A stretch of DNA of 63,986 nucleotides, counting the filler, from Cladosporium halotolerans (lineage: Eukaryota): the NCBI RefSeq assembly GCF_011745625.1. It is 5 parts of 5 records of this genome, joined end to end, with 100 filler letters (N's around TTAATTAATTAA, not from the genome) between each part and the next. Parts side by side here need not be neighbours in the genome. Positions count along the whole stretch, not along the records: positions 1 to 13,389 come from NW_027191568.1; positions 13,490 to 26,818 come from NW_027191569.1; 3 more parts are not named here. One strand, 5' to 3'. This document shows, piece after piece, positions 11,852-21,359 of the stretch. Made by a program: the position numbers and the translations under genes. The notes below the pieces were generated by a model. The model ran no database searches. It was not told the origin of the DNA and worked only from the letters and a program-made list of their open reading frames with translations. How positions within the stretch are numbered: position 1 is the first letter of the stretch; every line of letters begins with the position of its first letter.

Positions 11852-13292
11852 ATGACACCTCTCGAAGTGTACAATCACTTTGGAATATTCGCTTGGTCAA
11901 AGAAGTTCCTGCGCGGATTGGGACAATTCTCGAGAAATGTACCAGACAGGCAGACCGAAATGCAATTGCTTAATGAGAGCCAGAAGTCGTCGCAAAGACG
12001 CGAGAAGAAGACCAGTAACCCAAAATTTTGGTGCGTGGCCGACGTTGAAACAGCGATAGAATCCCTGCACGATCAGGACAATAGTACTCCCAGCACTTCG
12101 AAATCAAATTCCGCAAGGCGCTCGCCAAAGATGCGTAGAGGGAGAGAAGTGCAAGAAATCCATACACCGCCGCACACCGTTACTGCGGAAAAGACTAGGA
12201 TGCGGGCCCCCTCCCCTAGAGGCATACCGAGTCGAAGCAGTGGAGCTGCTAATCTGTTCGTTCGATGTCATCCACTCAAGCACCTCTCCGTTTGATGATG
12301 CAGAGTCGCCCACTTTGACAGCAGAAGGCCTCCTCCATACACCAATATCATCCCAATCATCAGATTTAGTAACGTTGGCTGCAGCTGCAGAACAGACCCT
12401 ACGCCGCCTCAAGTCGTGCGGAACCGCAAGCGACCTGAAGAGTCTGTAGGCGCAAGCTCTTTACATCATTCTGTTGCAGCCGCTGACCAGGCGCCTCCTA
12501 TGCAAGAATTGATCACCCAATTTGACCACCAGTTAGCACTGGTGGACGACGAGCCGCCGTCCTGAACACCCCCGATGGTAGGCCCTGTCAATACACTATT
12601 GCGGGCTTTCAATCCGAACCCACTAAATTTCCACGTCGCGCCCGCGGGAGTGCTTGAGACAGAAAGGACGTCAAGCAATGCTCAAACAATAATGGAGTCG
12701 AGCGGCGGATGCACCTTCTTCCTTCTTCCGCTGTATCTTGTGGATACAGCGCATTGGGCATTGGTGGTGATACGAGACCGAAAGCGAGACTACTGCGGTG
12801 TTTTTCACACTCTTGGCCCTCCCACGTCCGCCGAATCCTTCCAACCACTCGTAGCCTTGCTTGCAGAGCAGGGCTTTCTGCGGGCAGGGCAGTCAGCGAA
12901 TCTCGATCTATTCCCTGAACTCCGTCAGAAGCGCGATGCAGATGGAATTGTTCTATTGGCAGCTGTGGCGCTTCACACCTTGCATGAGAAACCGGGCAGA
13001 ACTTTGGGGCGAGTTCCTGCGTGGTTGTCTCTTCTCTCGGGATGAACAATCAGGAGCGTGGTGGCGGAATCACCGTACCGATCTGATCAAGCAAACCTTA
13101 TCAGAGATGGCGCGTGATACGGTCATCAACTTAGAACAAAAGACCAAGGACGCGGAAGCGCTGAGCAATGTCCTCAAACAAGTACGCTCGTACATAGAGC
13201 AATCAAAGTCTCTTCGCGGGCTGACCCAGTCACAGTTGCGAAGCGCTGATATCCGTCGGAAGTTGGGGAACCTCGAGTCGTGGCATCAAAAC
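11852..13292 (+). pseudogene. Ulp1/C48-like SUMO protease gene, frameshifted, truncated by hAT insertion
   Basis: LLPLYLVDTAHWALVVI (catalytic His motif); RQKRDADGIV where Q..DCG is expected; split over ORFs 11852-12295, 12240-12449, 12575-13045, 12861-13292. Confidence 0.5.
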
Positions 13293-13389
13293 CAGGGTGT
13301 TCATCAGACAGACAGACAAGATTTTCGGGAGTGTCTGGTCTGCTTACCTAAGGAGCGGTGGCTTGTCTGTCTGTCTGAGAAATGGCAAT
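13293..13389. mobile_element. hAT transposon terminus (TIR CAGGGTGTTCATCAGACAGAC) with CAGA subterminal repeats
   Basis: 21-bp identity to the terminus of the hAT at 51622; runs into the gap. Confidence 0.75.
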
Positions 13390-13489
13390 NNNNNNNNNNN
13401 NNNNNNNNNNNNNNNNNNNNNNNNNNNNNNNNNTTAATTAATTAANNNNNNNNNNNNNNNNNNNNNNNNNNNNNNNNNNNNNNNNNNNN
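13390..13489. other. Artificial contig linker (N-TTAATTAATTAA-N)
   Basis: 100-nt spacer with all-frame stop cassette. Confidence 0.97.
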
Positions 13490-13861
13490 CTTACCTGGTG
13501 GCGCGAACATCATCACAGGTTTCCTGTCCTGAGGCATCTCGCTTTTGAGATCCTCGCAGCGCCAGCAAGCTCTTCCGCCGACGAGCGAATCTTTTCGATG
13601 GCTGGGGACGTTGTCAACGATGAGCGACCAAACACGATGGAGGAGTTGGCAGAGGCTTACCAGGGTTTACGCAGCTGGTACTCGGAAGGACTACTGTGAT
13701 GGACATAAGCTTCTTACACTCCCGAGCACCCGGGAGGACCGTGCACCGAACGAACGACGAACATCCGAGTGGACCCTGAACAAATGAACAACACCTGTCC
13801 AAGAAGCCGAACGAACGAGCACTACGCCTGTTCGGTGTTCGTTTGTTCATTGCCCACCCTG
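13490..13861 (+). mobile_element. hAT transposon 3' end: dimerisation domain (13490-13699) plus right TIR
   Basis: Manual translation LTWWREHHHRFPVLRHLAFEILAAPASSSADERIFSMAGDVV..LRSWYSEGLL*; GAAC subterminal repeats; ends ...cattgcccaccCTG. Confidence 0.85.
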
Positions 13862-15416
13862 GTTGGAGAGGGTTAGAAGGGAGAGGAGGGTGGGATTTAA
13901 GTTTGGACCGGGCACACAAGAAGGCGAATAAGAGAGAGAGGGAGGTGTGATGGGTAGGGTGGATGCAGACAGCCGTTAGCGTGGCGGTTGGGGAGCGGCG
14001 TGGACAGGTTGTGAACACAAGCGTAGGATGCGGATGCATTAGCGTAACGAAGTGCCCGAAAGGTCGGTTCGAGGACAGAAGCGAGGTGGCGGGGGAAGGA
14101 ACGGGAAGGATGGAGGGTGATTGATTGGGAAGGACAGAGAAAGACGAAGGCGTAGTGAAGGGGACGGATGAAGGTCAAGTTCAGACATAGTGTGTGTTGA
14201 CAAGTGTAGAGGGTAGGGGTAGGTATGTGAGTGGGATGCCCGTACGGAGGCATAGGACGGCACGAAGTGGCATGATCGAAGGCAGGGGTGGAAGGAAGAC
14301 GTTTAGAGGTGGCAGTGAGAGAGGATGGAGGATAGGGAATAGTGAGGTAGGAATAGAGTTTGAGAAGGGAAGAGGAGAGTTTTGGGAGGAAGTATGGATG
14401 TTTCAGAGAGAGAAGAGGGGGAGAATTTTGATTTTGGGTCAAAAGAGGGGGGGATAGCGGGGGAATGGAGAAGAGAGAATAAGACGAAGGCAATCGACAA
14501 AGCAAGCATGGAGTCGGTGTTTGAGTAGAGGATGTCGAGTCGGATTATGTCAGCAGGGCGTGAACGTGGGGATGAGTCAGCAAAATCAAAATCATGATCG
14601 GAACGTATACAACGCAGCAAGAGACAAAGAGAGCAAGCGGCGTCATTTTATGGCAAGGATGGTTGGAGCGAGATTGAAAGTGGAATCGGGAGGGAGAAAG
14701 AAAAGTGGGTGAGAAGAATAAGGTAAATAGGGAGAGATGAGGAAGAAAAGAGAAGAAAAGAGAAGAAAAGAAAAGAAAAGAAAAGAGGTGAGGGTTAGGG
14801 TGTATAGAAGATTGGGAGTGTGATGTAGTGGAGGGTTAGTTGAAGTAAGTGAGGGTTGAGTGAGGGAGGGGGGATTAAAGAAGTGAAGTGGGGAGTGAAT
14901 TGGTAGGTGAAATGGAGGGAGTGTGATGAGGGGAGAGTTTGGAGGATGATAATAATTAAGGTGAGTAAGAAGAATGAGGTGGAGAGGGAGAGATGGGGAG
15001 AAAAGAAGAAAAAAAAAAAAAAAGGGGGGTTTTTTTTTTTTTGTTTTAAGAAGGAAGAAGAGAATGAGAGAGGAAGGAATGAAATGGTAAATGTAATATG
15101 AAGGAGAAGAGAGAGAGAGAAGGATGAGGGTTAGGGTGTATAGAGGTTGGTAGATTAGATTATAGAGTGGATTGTAGGAGATGGATATGAGGGTGTATAG
15201 AAGTTGAGGAGTAAGGGAAAGGGTTAGGGGATAGTAGAAGAGAAGAGTAGATTGATGGAAGGTAAGAGAAGGGTATGAAAGGGGAAATAGATAGAGGATA
15301 GTGTTGATTAAAGGTGGTAGGGGAGGAAAGGAAGGAGGAAGAAGAAAGGAGAAGATAAGGTAGAGGAGGGTAGGTAGTTAGGGTGTTTTAGGGTTTTAGG
15401 GTTAGGGTTAGGAGTT
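13862..15416 (+). repeat. Strand-asymmetric G/A-rich tract, including a 729-nt C-free stretch (14688-15416) with embedded GGGTTAG motifs
   Basis: No C between 14687 and 15417 by inspection; (GAAAA)n; A15-G6-T13 at 15009-15042; repeated gagggttagggtgtataga. Confidence 0.9.
15378..15412 (+). repeat. Telomere-type repeats (TTAGGG/TTTTAGGG) downstream of the LINE 3' UTR
   Basis: TTAGGG TG TTTTAGGG TTTTAGGG TTAGGG TTAGG. Confidence 0.85.
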
Positions 15417-16200
15417 CAATTTAGAATATCGAAATGCAGCCTAGCAGATGGCGGCAAAGATAAGCTACATACATTGAAGGTCAGACTGCAGAGAGGAGAG
15501 ACAAATCCATGCGCTTCTCTCTGACCAACTGAGTCAGTCGGATCGGGCTGGGGTACCGGATACACCATTCCCCTTTCATGTGCCACCATGCCTGCAGAGG
15601 ATGGATCACGTATAGCCTTCGCGGGCACCCGACGATCCCATCGATGATTCCCATGGTCCTTCCTGACGATACACCCACCGGGTGCACGCCCCATGGACAG
15701 ACAGCGTTGGCCGGTATCCCGCCATCAGGTTTCACTCCCACATCCAGATTAGATATTGTTCGATCGATTGGCAGCCGACTGCCTACGCCTGCGGTGGCAC
15801 GAACTAACATCTTCTCCAGCAAGGAGCCTCAGCGAATCCTCGCGAGACAATCCCAACCGATGGAACCTGCTTTCATCGCCGCCAGGCGACACGGTTATCC
15901 CAGGTGTAAGACCCGAGTTCCCGTCGGTTCGATCAGAAGCCGAGACCACCCAATCCAGGGTACGTTCGCCTTCCTTAACCCGGTCGACACCTCACTTCCG
16001 GGGGAATGTGCACGCCTCGTGATGGCAGGTCTAACGCACGCAGCACGCAAGCCGACTCTCCCAACCTACTACGCGGCCACAGCCAGCCGAGTATGAGTGG
16101 GCCCCGAAATGGGAAGTGCTGAATCCACAGCTCCACCCAAAAGAGAACCCCACTCTGGAATGGCAAACCCATGCCAGGCATGCGAGGGGTCAACACGACC
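15417..16200 (-). ncRNA. Putative highly structured RNA (LINE 3' UTR)
   Basis: Stems that need G:U pairs on the minus strand: 15525-15541, 15669-15687, and 15875-15890 inside the 15855-15929 stem; no convincing ORF. Confidence 0.5.
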
Positions 16201-16673
16201 AAACGCTAGCGGAGTACCACCCCAAGAAGATTTCCACGCTCACTTCTAGGAGCACCCTCTGTAGAAAAAGGTCGAAACAAGAAGCGGGCCAGAGTCCACT
16301 GGCACCCACCCACAACACCTGGAGTCCACCAGCAGTATCGTCACCCATCAAGCCAGCCGGAGTCCACCGGCATCAGCTAGATAGATGTGATCGATCCTCC
16401 TCTCCAGAAGACGACGTCTGGAGTCCACCAGCAACGCCACGATCCCACGAGCAGGGCCCGGAACAAATCCCGACCCCGGACGGGACGAGAGTTCAGCCCT
16501 ACGAGTCAAGCCACACTAAGCACAGCCACATCGTCGAAGCCACACCTGGAAACGGCCACACTCGACACGGCATCGACACCGTCCCCCCTCTCGACATCCT
16601 CAGGTCATGACCAGGTTATGAGACCAGGTCAGTCCGTCATCGGATACATCGATCAGGGTGTGATGTGGCCGGT

Positions 16674-19600
16674 TCAGTTCGTACCATCCGATGGTACCAA
16701 GTCACGTGGTCGCGGCGCCACAGAGGATTCTGTCGGTTCGAGAAGAGTCGGGTCATTCTCCAATTGCATCCGTGCAGAATAGACATCGCCAAGTGCTCTA
16801 CGTATGGCAGCAAGCGCTGGACCGGCACGATGATATTGCCTAGTATTCAGTAGGAAGTCCAGATGGGTGAAGCTGGCGGACACACCAATGCCGAGCCGCT
16901 TCGCCATTTCGCTCTTCCGGCGTAGCTCGGTGCCAGACAACTGAGGCGGCCGTGGCAAGTACCTACAGTCCTCGTGGCCACGGCGGAATATCACGTCTGG
17001 GCCACAAGCACATAGTTTCCCGAATTGGAAGCGGCCCATTCTGTATCTCACGAAATTTTGTTGATGTTCCAAGGGAGCGAAGAAGACCCAATCGGCACCG
17101 TACAGTGAAGTGGTAGATCGAGATCGCGCAGTCAAGCGGGTGAGATGTCGCGACTGACAGGACAGCATCACCTCGAAGCGTCGCGAACGCCGAAGATGGA
17201 GACGCAGAAGACGACGCGAGCAAGGCAGGGATCGACTCTGCCGAGCGATCGAAGACCATTCCGGTACGTCTCGAAGGCTGTCGAGGAACGGGCGACCGAC
17301 GGGGGCTCGAGGTAGGAAAGGTCGAGAAGCCAAGCAAGAACTTAGCGGACTGTCGGCAGGTGCGAGGCTGAGCAGCCGCTGGAAAGAAGTATGCAGGTGT
17401 GGAAAGCGGATCTCGGGCTCGAGGATACCGCAGAGGTTGGCACCGACGGCGGACCCGTCAGGGCTGCAATCAAGAATCCACCCAATGAGGTCCTTCCAGC
17501 CCACCGTGGCAGCTCGGAAAGCTTTCTTGTTTGCTTCGTTTTGGCGAGACCAGGCAAATATCAGAGGGGCGCCATATTCGAACATAGGGGCAAGATATCT
17601 GCCGTATATGCGCAGACGGTGGGCTGGACCCCAACTGTCCGAGTGGAGGCGTAGGAAGGATGCACGGCCGGTGGCTTGGGAGATGCGTTTGCTCAGATAG
17701 CCGGCGAAATCAATCCCGTTCGATCCCACAGGGAAGCCAAGGTAGGTGTAAGACTCAACGATCGGCAAAGGCTTCCCACAGATGAGGATAGGATGCGACG
17801 CGTGTTCGAGAGCGACAGCGCGTCCAAGAACGAGCCCGCACTTTTTGACATTCACAGCTATGCCAGCCTCAGCGCTCCACTCCGTCAGGAGATCGGCGAG
17901 GCAGCGCAGTGAGGGCAGATCTTGTGCGAGGAGGACGCCGTCGTCGGCATAGAAAAGACTCCGAGGAATGCCGACAGCAGAGTCGTTCAAACGCACGATC
18001 AACTCGTCGATGTAGATGTTGAAGAGGTAAGGTGGGAGAGGCGAGCCTTGCAAGACACCTCTCGTGCGAGGGAACCAGTCAGATGACTGGCCGTTGACGA
18101 GGACGCGGGAGCGTAGACCTCGAAAAGTGAGGTTTTCTATCAAGTTGCGAATCCTGCCCGGGCAGCCACGCCGAACCAGCAGGGCACGGAGGCGTGTGTG
18201 ATCGACCATATCGAACGCTTTCTCGAGGTCTATGAATGCAGCGTAGCGGACCAAGCCGGTCGAGAGCAGGTGGTGCACGACTGCAGCGTTAGTGAGAGTA
18301 GAGTAGTCGCCGCGAAAACCAGCTTGGGTGGGATGCAGCTTCCCCCAACCGGATTTGTCGAAAAAGTGTACGAGCAAGAGCCTCTCGAACAGTTTGCGGT
18401 GCATACATATCAGAGTGATGGGCCTGACGTTGTCGACGTCTCGAGGACGATTAGTGTCCTTGGTAACCATGTGTACATCGGTCGAGTTCCATGAGGCGGG
18501 AGTGCTTCCGCTGGAGAGGCAAAGATTGAACAGTCGACCGAGCACTTTAGGATAGCACGACGGTAGCAGTGCCTTGATGACACGCATGTGCACGCCGTCC
18601 AAGCCGCAGGTCTTGCTCGCATCTTGTCTGCGGATCTCCCTCACCACATGGCTTTCTGAGAGCTCATCGCGGCTCTGGTCTGCTCCGGCGCCGTCGACCG
18701 GTTCGTTGGACACCAAGGCTCGACCGGCATACCGGTCTGCGAGTGAGTCAGATATCTCTCGCAAAGCCGAGAGCCCCCCCGAACGTCCACGCTCGGAAGG
18801 TAGAATGTCGCCATTCTCTCGAGACTCGGCCGCGGCCGACTTGTAAAGTAAAGTGCTGACTTGCGGGTCTTGTCGGTTGGCGGGAACCTTCTTCCTGCTT
18901 ACGCCAGCCGCGGTGGAAGATCTTTTCTGACCAAGGAACCTCCGACAGATCGATCGGACCAGAGCAATCAGACGGCGTTCCAGAGCGGCAGCGTTGACTG
19001 GCACTGCAGCAGACAACAAGCTGAGCGACCTCGTCCCCTCGTCGAAAGCGGCGCACATGTCCCTCCGCACAGTTTCGTCAGACAACTTTCCCAGGTGGAA
19101 GCGAATGGCAGCCGGTGCGTCACCCTGGCACGAAGGGGTCGGCTGGCGAGCACTCAGGTGCAGGCAAAGGGTATAGGCGTGATCGGTGGGCAGGCCTATC
19201 GATGGATTGTCCAGCAAGAAGAAGTTGGCATCGGCGACCCGCCCAGACTGGACGAAACAGTGATCCACGGTGAGTAGCTTCCTCAACACCACCCCGGCAG
19301 GGAGACCGGGTTGTGGTGAAGCATCGGGCTCGGTAGCCTCGAGGGTAGTGAACCCGTGCGAGCGAGCGAAGTCGGACAGAGCTTCCACCCTCTCGGGCGG
19401 GCCAGGTCGACCGAGCTGTGTCTGCAGCCACGGCAAGCGAGCGTTGACGTCTCCCAGGACAACGTGCGACGCTGCCACCGAGCCGAGGGCAGCGACGACG
19501 TCCTCGCTAGACATGCTAGGCTGCAGATAGACGGCGGAGACGGAAGAGGCATCGGCGTGGAAGGTGACGGTCGACGGCGTGGTCCGGACGTCACCCACGA

Positions 19601-19952
19601 GGCGACCTCGTGCGGAAGCCGAGGCCAAGAGGTATATCCCGCCGCCGTTGCGGGTACGCTGGAGCGATGGCGATGGAAGGGGTGTCGAAGCGACGAAGCG
19701 GCGGTCGCGGACATGCCGCTCGTGCCCGACGAACCACGTCTCTGCAAGGAAGAGAAAATCGAAGGAGGTGTGGAGGAGCTTGAGGCAGGCCGTCCACTTC
19801 ATCTGATCGAGTCCGTTGACGTTCACATACCCGACTCTGACGCTAGCCGAGCCTCCTCGCAAGTGCGCCGATCCTGCGGACTTCCTGCTCAAAGGCTGCT
19901 GTGACTGTGGCTTGCTTCGCACGTGCCCGGATGGCTTTCTTTCCCGGGCCAT
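16674..19952 (-). CDS. LINE ORF2: AP endonuclease + reverse transcriptase + C-terminal Cys/His knuckle
   Basis: APE: YVNVNGL, LAETW, GGGIYL, VLGDVNAR, DHCF, TDH; RT: RPITL, QAGFR, FIDLEKAFD, GVLQGSPL, YADD, YLG; C-terminal CACG..RGHEDC; 1092 aa intact. Confidence 0.95.
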   Translation of the reverse strand: MARERKPSGHVRSKPQSQQPLSRKSAGSAHLRGGSASVRVGYVNVNGLDQMKWTACLKLLHTSFDFLFLAETWFVGHERHVRDRRFVASTPLPSPSLQRTRNGGGIYLLASASARGRLVGDVRTTPSTVTFHADASSVSAVYLQPSMSSEDVVAALGSVAASHVVLGDVNARLPWLQTQLGRPGPPERVEALSDFARSHGFTTLEATEPDASPQPGLPAGVVLRKLLTVDHCFVQSGRVADANFFLLDNPSIGLPTDHAYTLCLHLSARQPTPSCQGDAPAAIRFHLGKLSDETVRRDMCAAFDEGTRSLSLLSAAVPVNAAALERRLIALVRSICRRFLGQKRSSTAAGVSRKKVPANRQDPQVSTLLYKSAAAESRENGDILPSERGRSGGLSALREISDSLADRYAGRALVSNEPVDGAGADQSRDELSESHVVREIRRQDASKTCGLDGVHMRVIKALLPSCYPKVLGRLFNLCLSSGSTPASWNSTDVHMVTKDTNRPRDVDNVRPITLICMHRKLFERLLLVHFFDKSGWGKLHPTQAGFRGDYSTLTNAAVVHHLLSTGLVRYAAFIDLEKAFDMVDHTRLRALLVRRGCPGRIRNLIENLTFRGLRSRVLVNGQSSDWFPRTRGVLQGSPLPPYLFNIYIDELIVRLNDSAVGIPRSLFYADDGVLLAQDLPSLRCLADLLTEWSAEAGIAVNVKKCGLVLGRAVALEHASHPILICGKPLPIVESYTYLGFPVGSNGIDFAGYLSKRISQATGRASFLRLHSDSWGPAHRLRIYGRYLAPMFEYGAPLIFAWSRQNEANKKAFRAATVGWKDLIGWILDCSPDGSAVGANLCGILEPEIRFPHLHTSFQRLLSLAPADSPLSSCLASRPFLPRAPVGRPFLDSLRDVPEWSSIARQSRSLPCSRRLLRLHLRRSRRFEVMLSCQSRHLTRLTARSRSTTSLYGADWVFFAPLEHQQNFVRYRMGRFQFGKLCACGPDVIFRRGHEDCRYLPRPPQLSGTELRRKSEMAKRLGIGVSASFTHLDFLLNTRQYHRAGPALAAIRRALGDVYSARMQLENDPTLLEPTESSVAPRPRDLVPSDGTN

Positions 19953-20898
19953 CGGCGGCGTGGAAGTCGGCGGCCAACGTGCTGGCCAAGGGGAGTGGCG
20001 GAGGTGCTTCTTCTCTGGCGTCAGACGAAGAGACGTCGGCGTCAGAAGGACTGATCTCGATCAAAGCCCCAACCCCAGGTGGCCCAGAGCAAGCAGGCGA
20101 GGAAGAGGAGGGAGGCGTTGGAGGGCGTGCCACCGCGCGCAGAGCGAGGCCCTTCGCTTCGTGTATGCCCAGGTACTCTTCCGGTGACAGGCTGTTCTCT
20201 CGTGTCCGGTCGCCGCCCTCACACAGAGCTCCGATGAGCCCGTCCAGCTTGGCTCGGATGTCGACCAGGCCGTCGATCAAGCCGGGCGGCGAAGATAGGA
20301 TGTGCTCTGCCCCGACGACGTCCACCGCGGTCGGCTCAGTCGCGGGAGGATCCTCAGACCTTTCTCCACAGGTGGCCGCCTCCACAGGGGGAGGTAAGCT
20401 GGTGGCGGGAGTGAAGAAGTTCAGGCGACGTTTGGTCGACGGGGGAGTCGCTTGTGCGGCAGCTGTCCGTTTCAGAGGAGTGGGCGCGACGCAAGGAGAG
20501 GGCCCGTCTTGCAAGAGGAGCCCCAAACGACAGTGCTCGGGTCCCTTGTCCTCGAAGCCGGCGCGGATTCCTTCCACGATCGAACGGAAAGGTTCACGAG
20601 CGACTTGCGTCTTGGCCCAGTCGATGTAAGCGGCGTTGCCCAAGCTCGGGCAGGCGAACTTGCCGTTGGTGGTGCAGCACCACCTGCGATAGACCCTGTC
20701 CTCGCCGTCACGCTTGCCGGCCAGGTTCTTGACGTAGTTCCCCTTGCGTTCCCTCTCGGACGAAGAACAGCTCTTGCAAGGCAGGTAAGAGGCGTACTTG
20801 GCGTGCAAACCCTCCGCGACCAGGGCCAGGCCGCCCTCGGGGCTGACGGTCGAAGGCTTTCTGGTGCGGCGTGGAGCGAACCTGCTGGAGATGGGCAT
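19843..20898 (-). CDS. LINE ORF1 (Cys-motif protein), overlaps ORF2 by 110 nt
   Basis: ATG 20898 (MPISSRF); LPCKSC...RWCCTTNGKFAC; Pro/Ser-rich linker; TATAAG about 75 nt upstream. Confidence 0.7.
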   Translation of the reverse strand: MPISSRFAPRRTRKPSTVSPEGGLALVAEGLHAKYASYLPCKSCSSSERERKGNYVKNLAGKRDGEDRVYRRWCCTTNGKFACPSLGNAAYIDWAKTQVAREPFRSIVEGIRAGFEDKGPEHCRLGLLLQDGPSPCVAPTPLKRTAAAQATPPSTKRRLNFFTPATSLPPPVEAATCGERSEDPPATEPTAVDVVGAEHILSSPPGLIDGLVDIRAKLDGLIGALCEGGDRTRENSLSPEEYLGIHEAKGLALRAVARPPTPPSSSSPACSGPPGVGALIEISPSDADVSSSDAREEAPPPLPLASTLAADFHAADGPGKKAIRARAKQATVTAAFEQEVRRIGALARRLG

Positions 20899-21359
20899 GG
20901 GAGTGTGGCAGTGAAGAAGGCGACGATTGGGAAAGTGACGAGAGAGTCCCCCAGAGCCCAGGAAGGGCCCATACTTATAGCCGGAGGCACACGTCGTTGG
21001 AGCACGTCGAGATCGATCGATCACTCCAATGGCCGTGATATCGTTTCGAAAACTGCATCGCCAGCCTCTGTCACGCTACATGCGTCGTGGGATGGCGGCC
21101 GGCGTGCATGAGGCACCCGCATACAGACGCACACGTCGTCCGATCGAGCGTGTGATCAGACGAGCGCAGCGTCCCAGGCACAGAACCAGCCAGGCCTCGA
21201 TCAATCGTGGGGCCACTTCCACATCACTGCAGGAGGTAAAGGTCAAAGCAAGCAGAGAGAGACATCACAGGGACCGGTAGAGCTTGGAGCGGGCAAGCGA
21301 GATTTAAATACAGTCTACAATGCAGAACAACCTCGTTCGTACCATGGCATGGGGTGTAA

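Noticed and set aside
13293..13861. A single hAT spanning the first gap
   Set aside because: The TIRs differ (CAGGGTGTTCATC vs CAGGGTGGGCAAT), the subterminal repeats differ, and the ends are on different contigs
13614..15101. ORFs in the G/A-rich tract
   Set aside because: Low-complexity translations that follow from the compositional bias
16290..16435. CRISPR-like array
   Set aside because: Eukaryotic context; repeats are short, irregularly spaced and have no cas genes nearby
15378..16600. Host telomerase RNA gene
   Set aside because: The CCCUAA tract lies 3' of the structured region and directly downstream of a LINE ORF2; no recognisable template-pseudoknot or CR4/5 order
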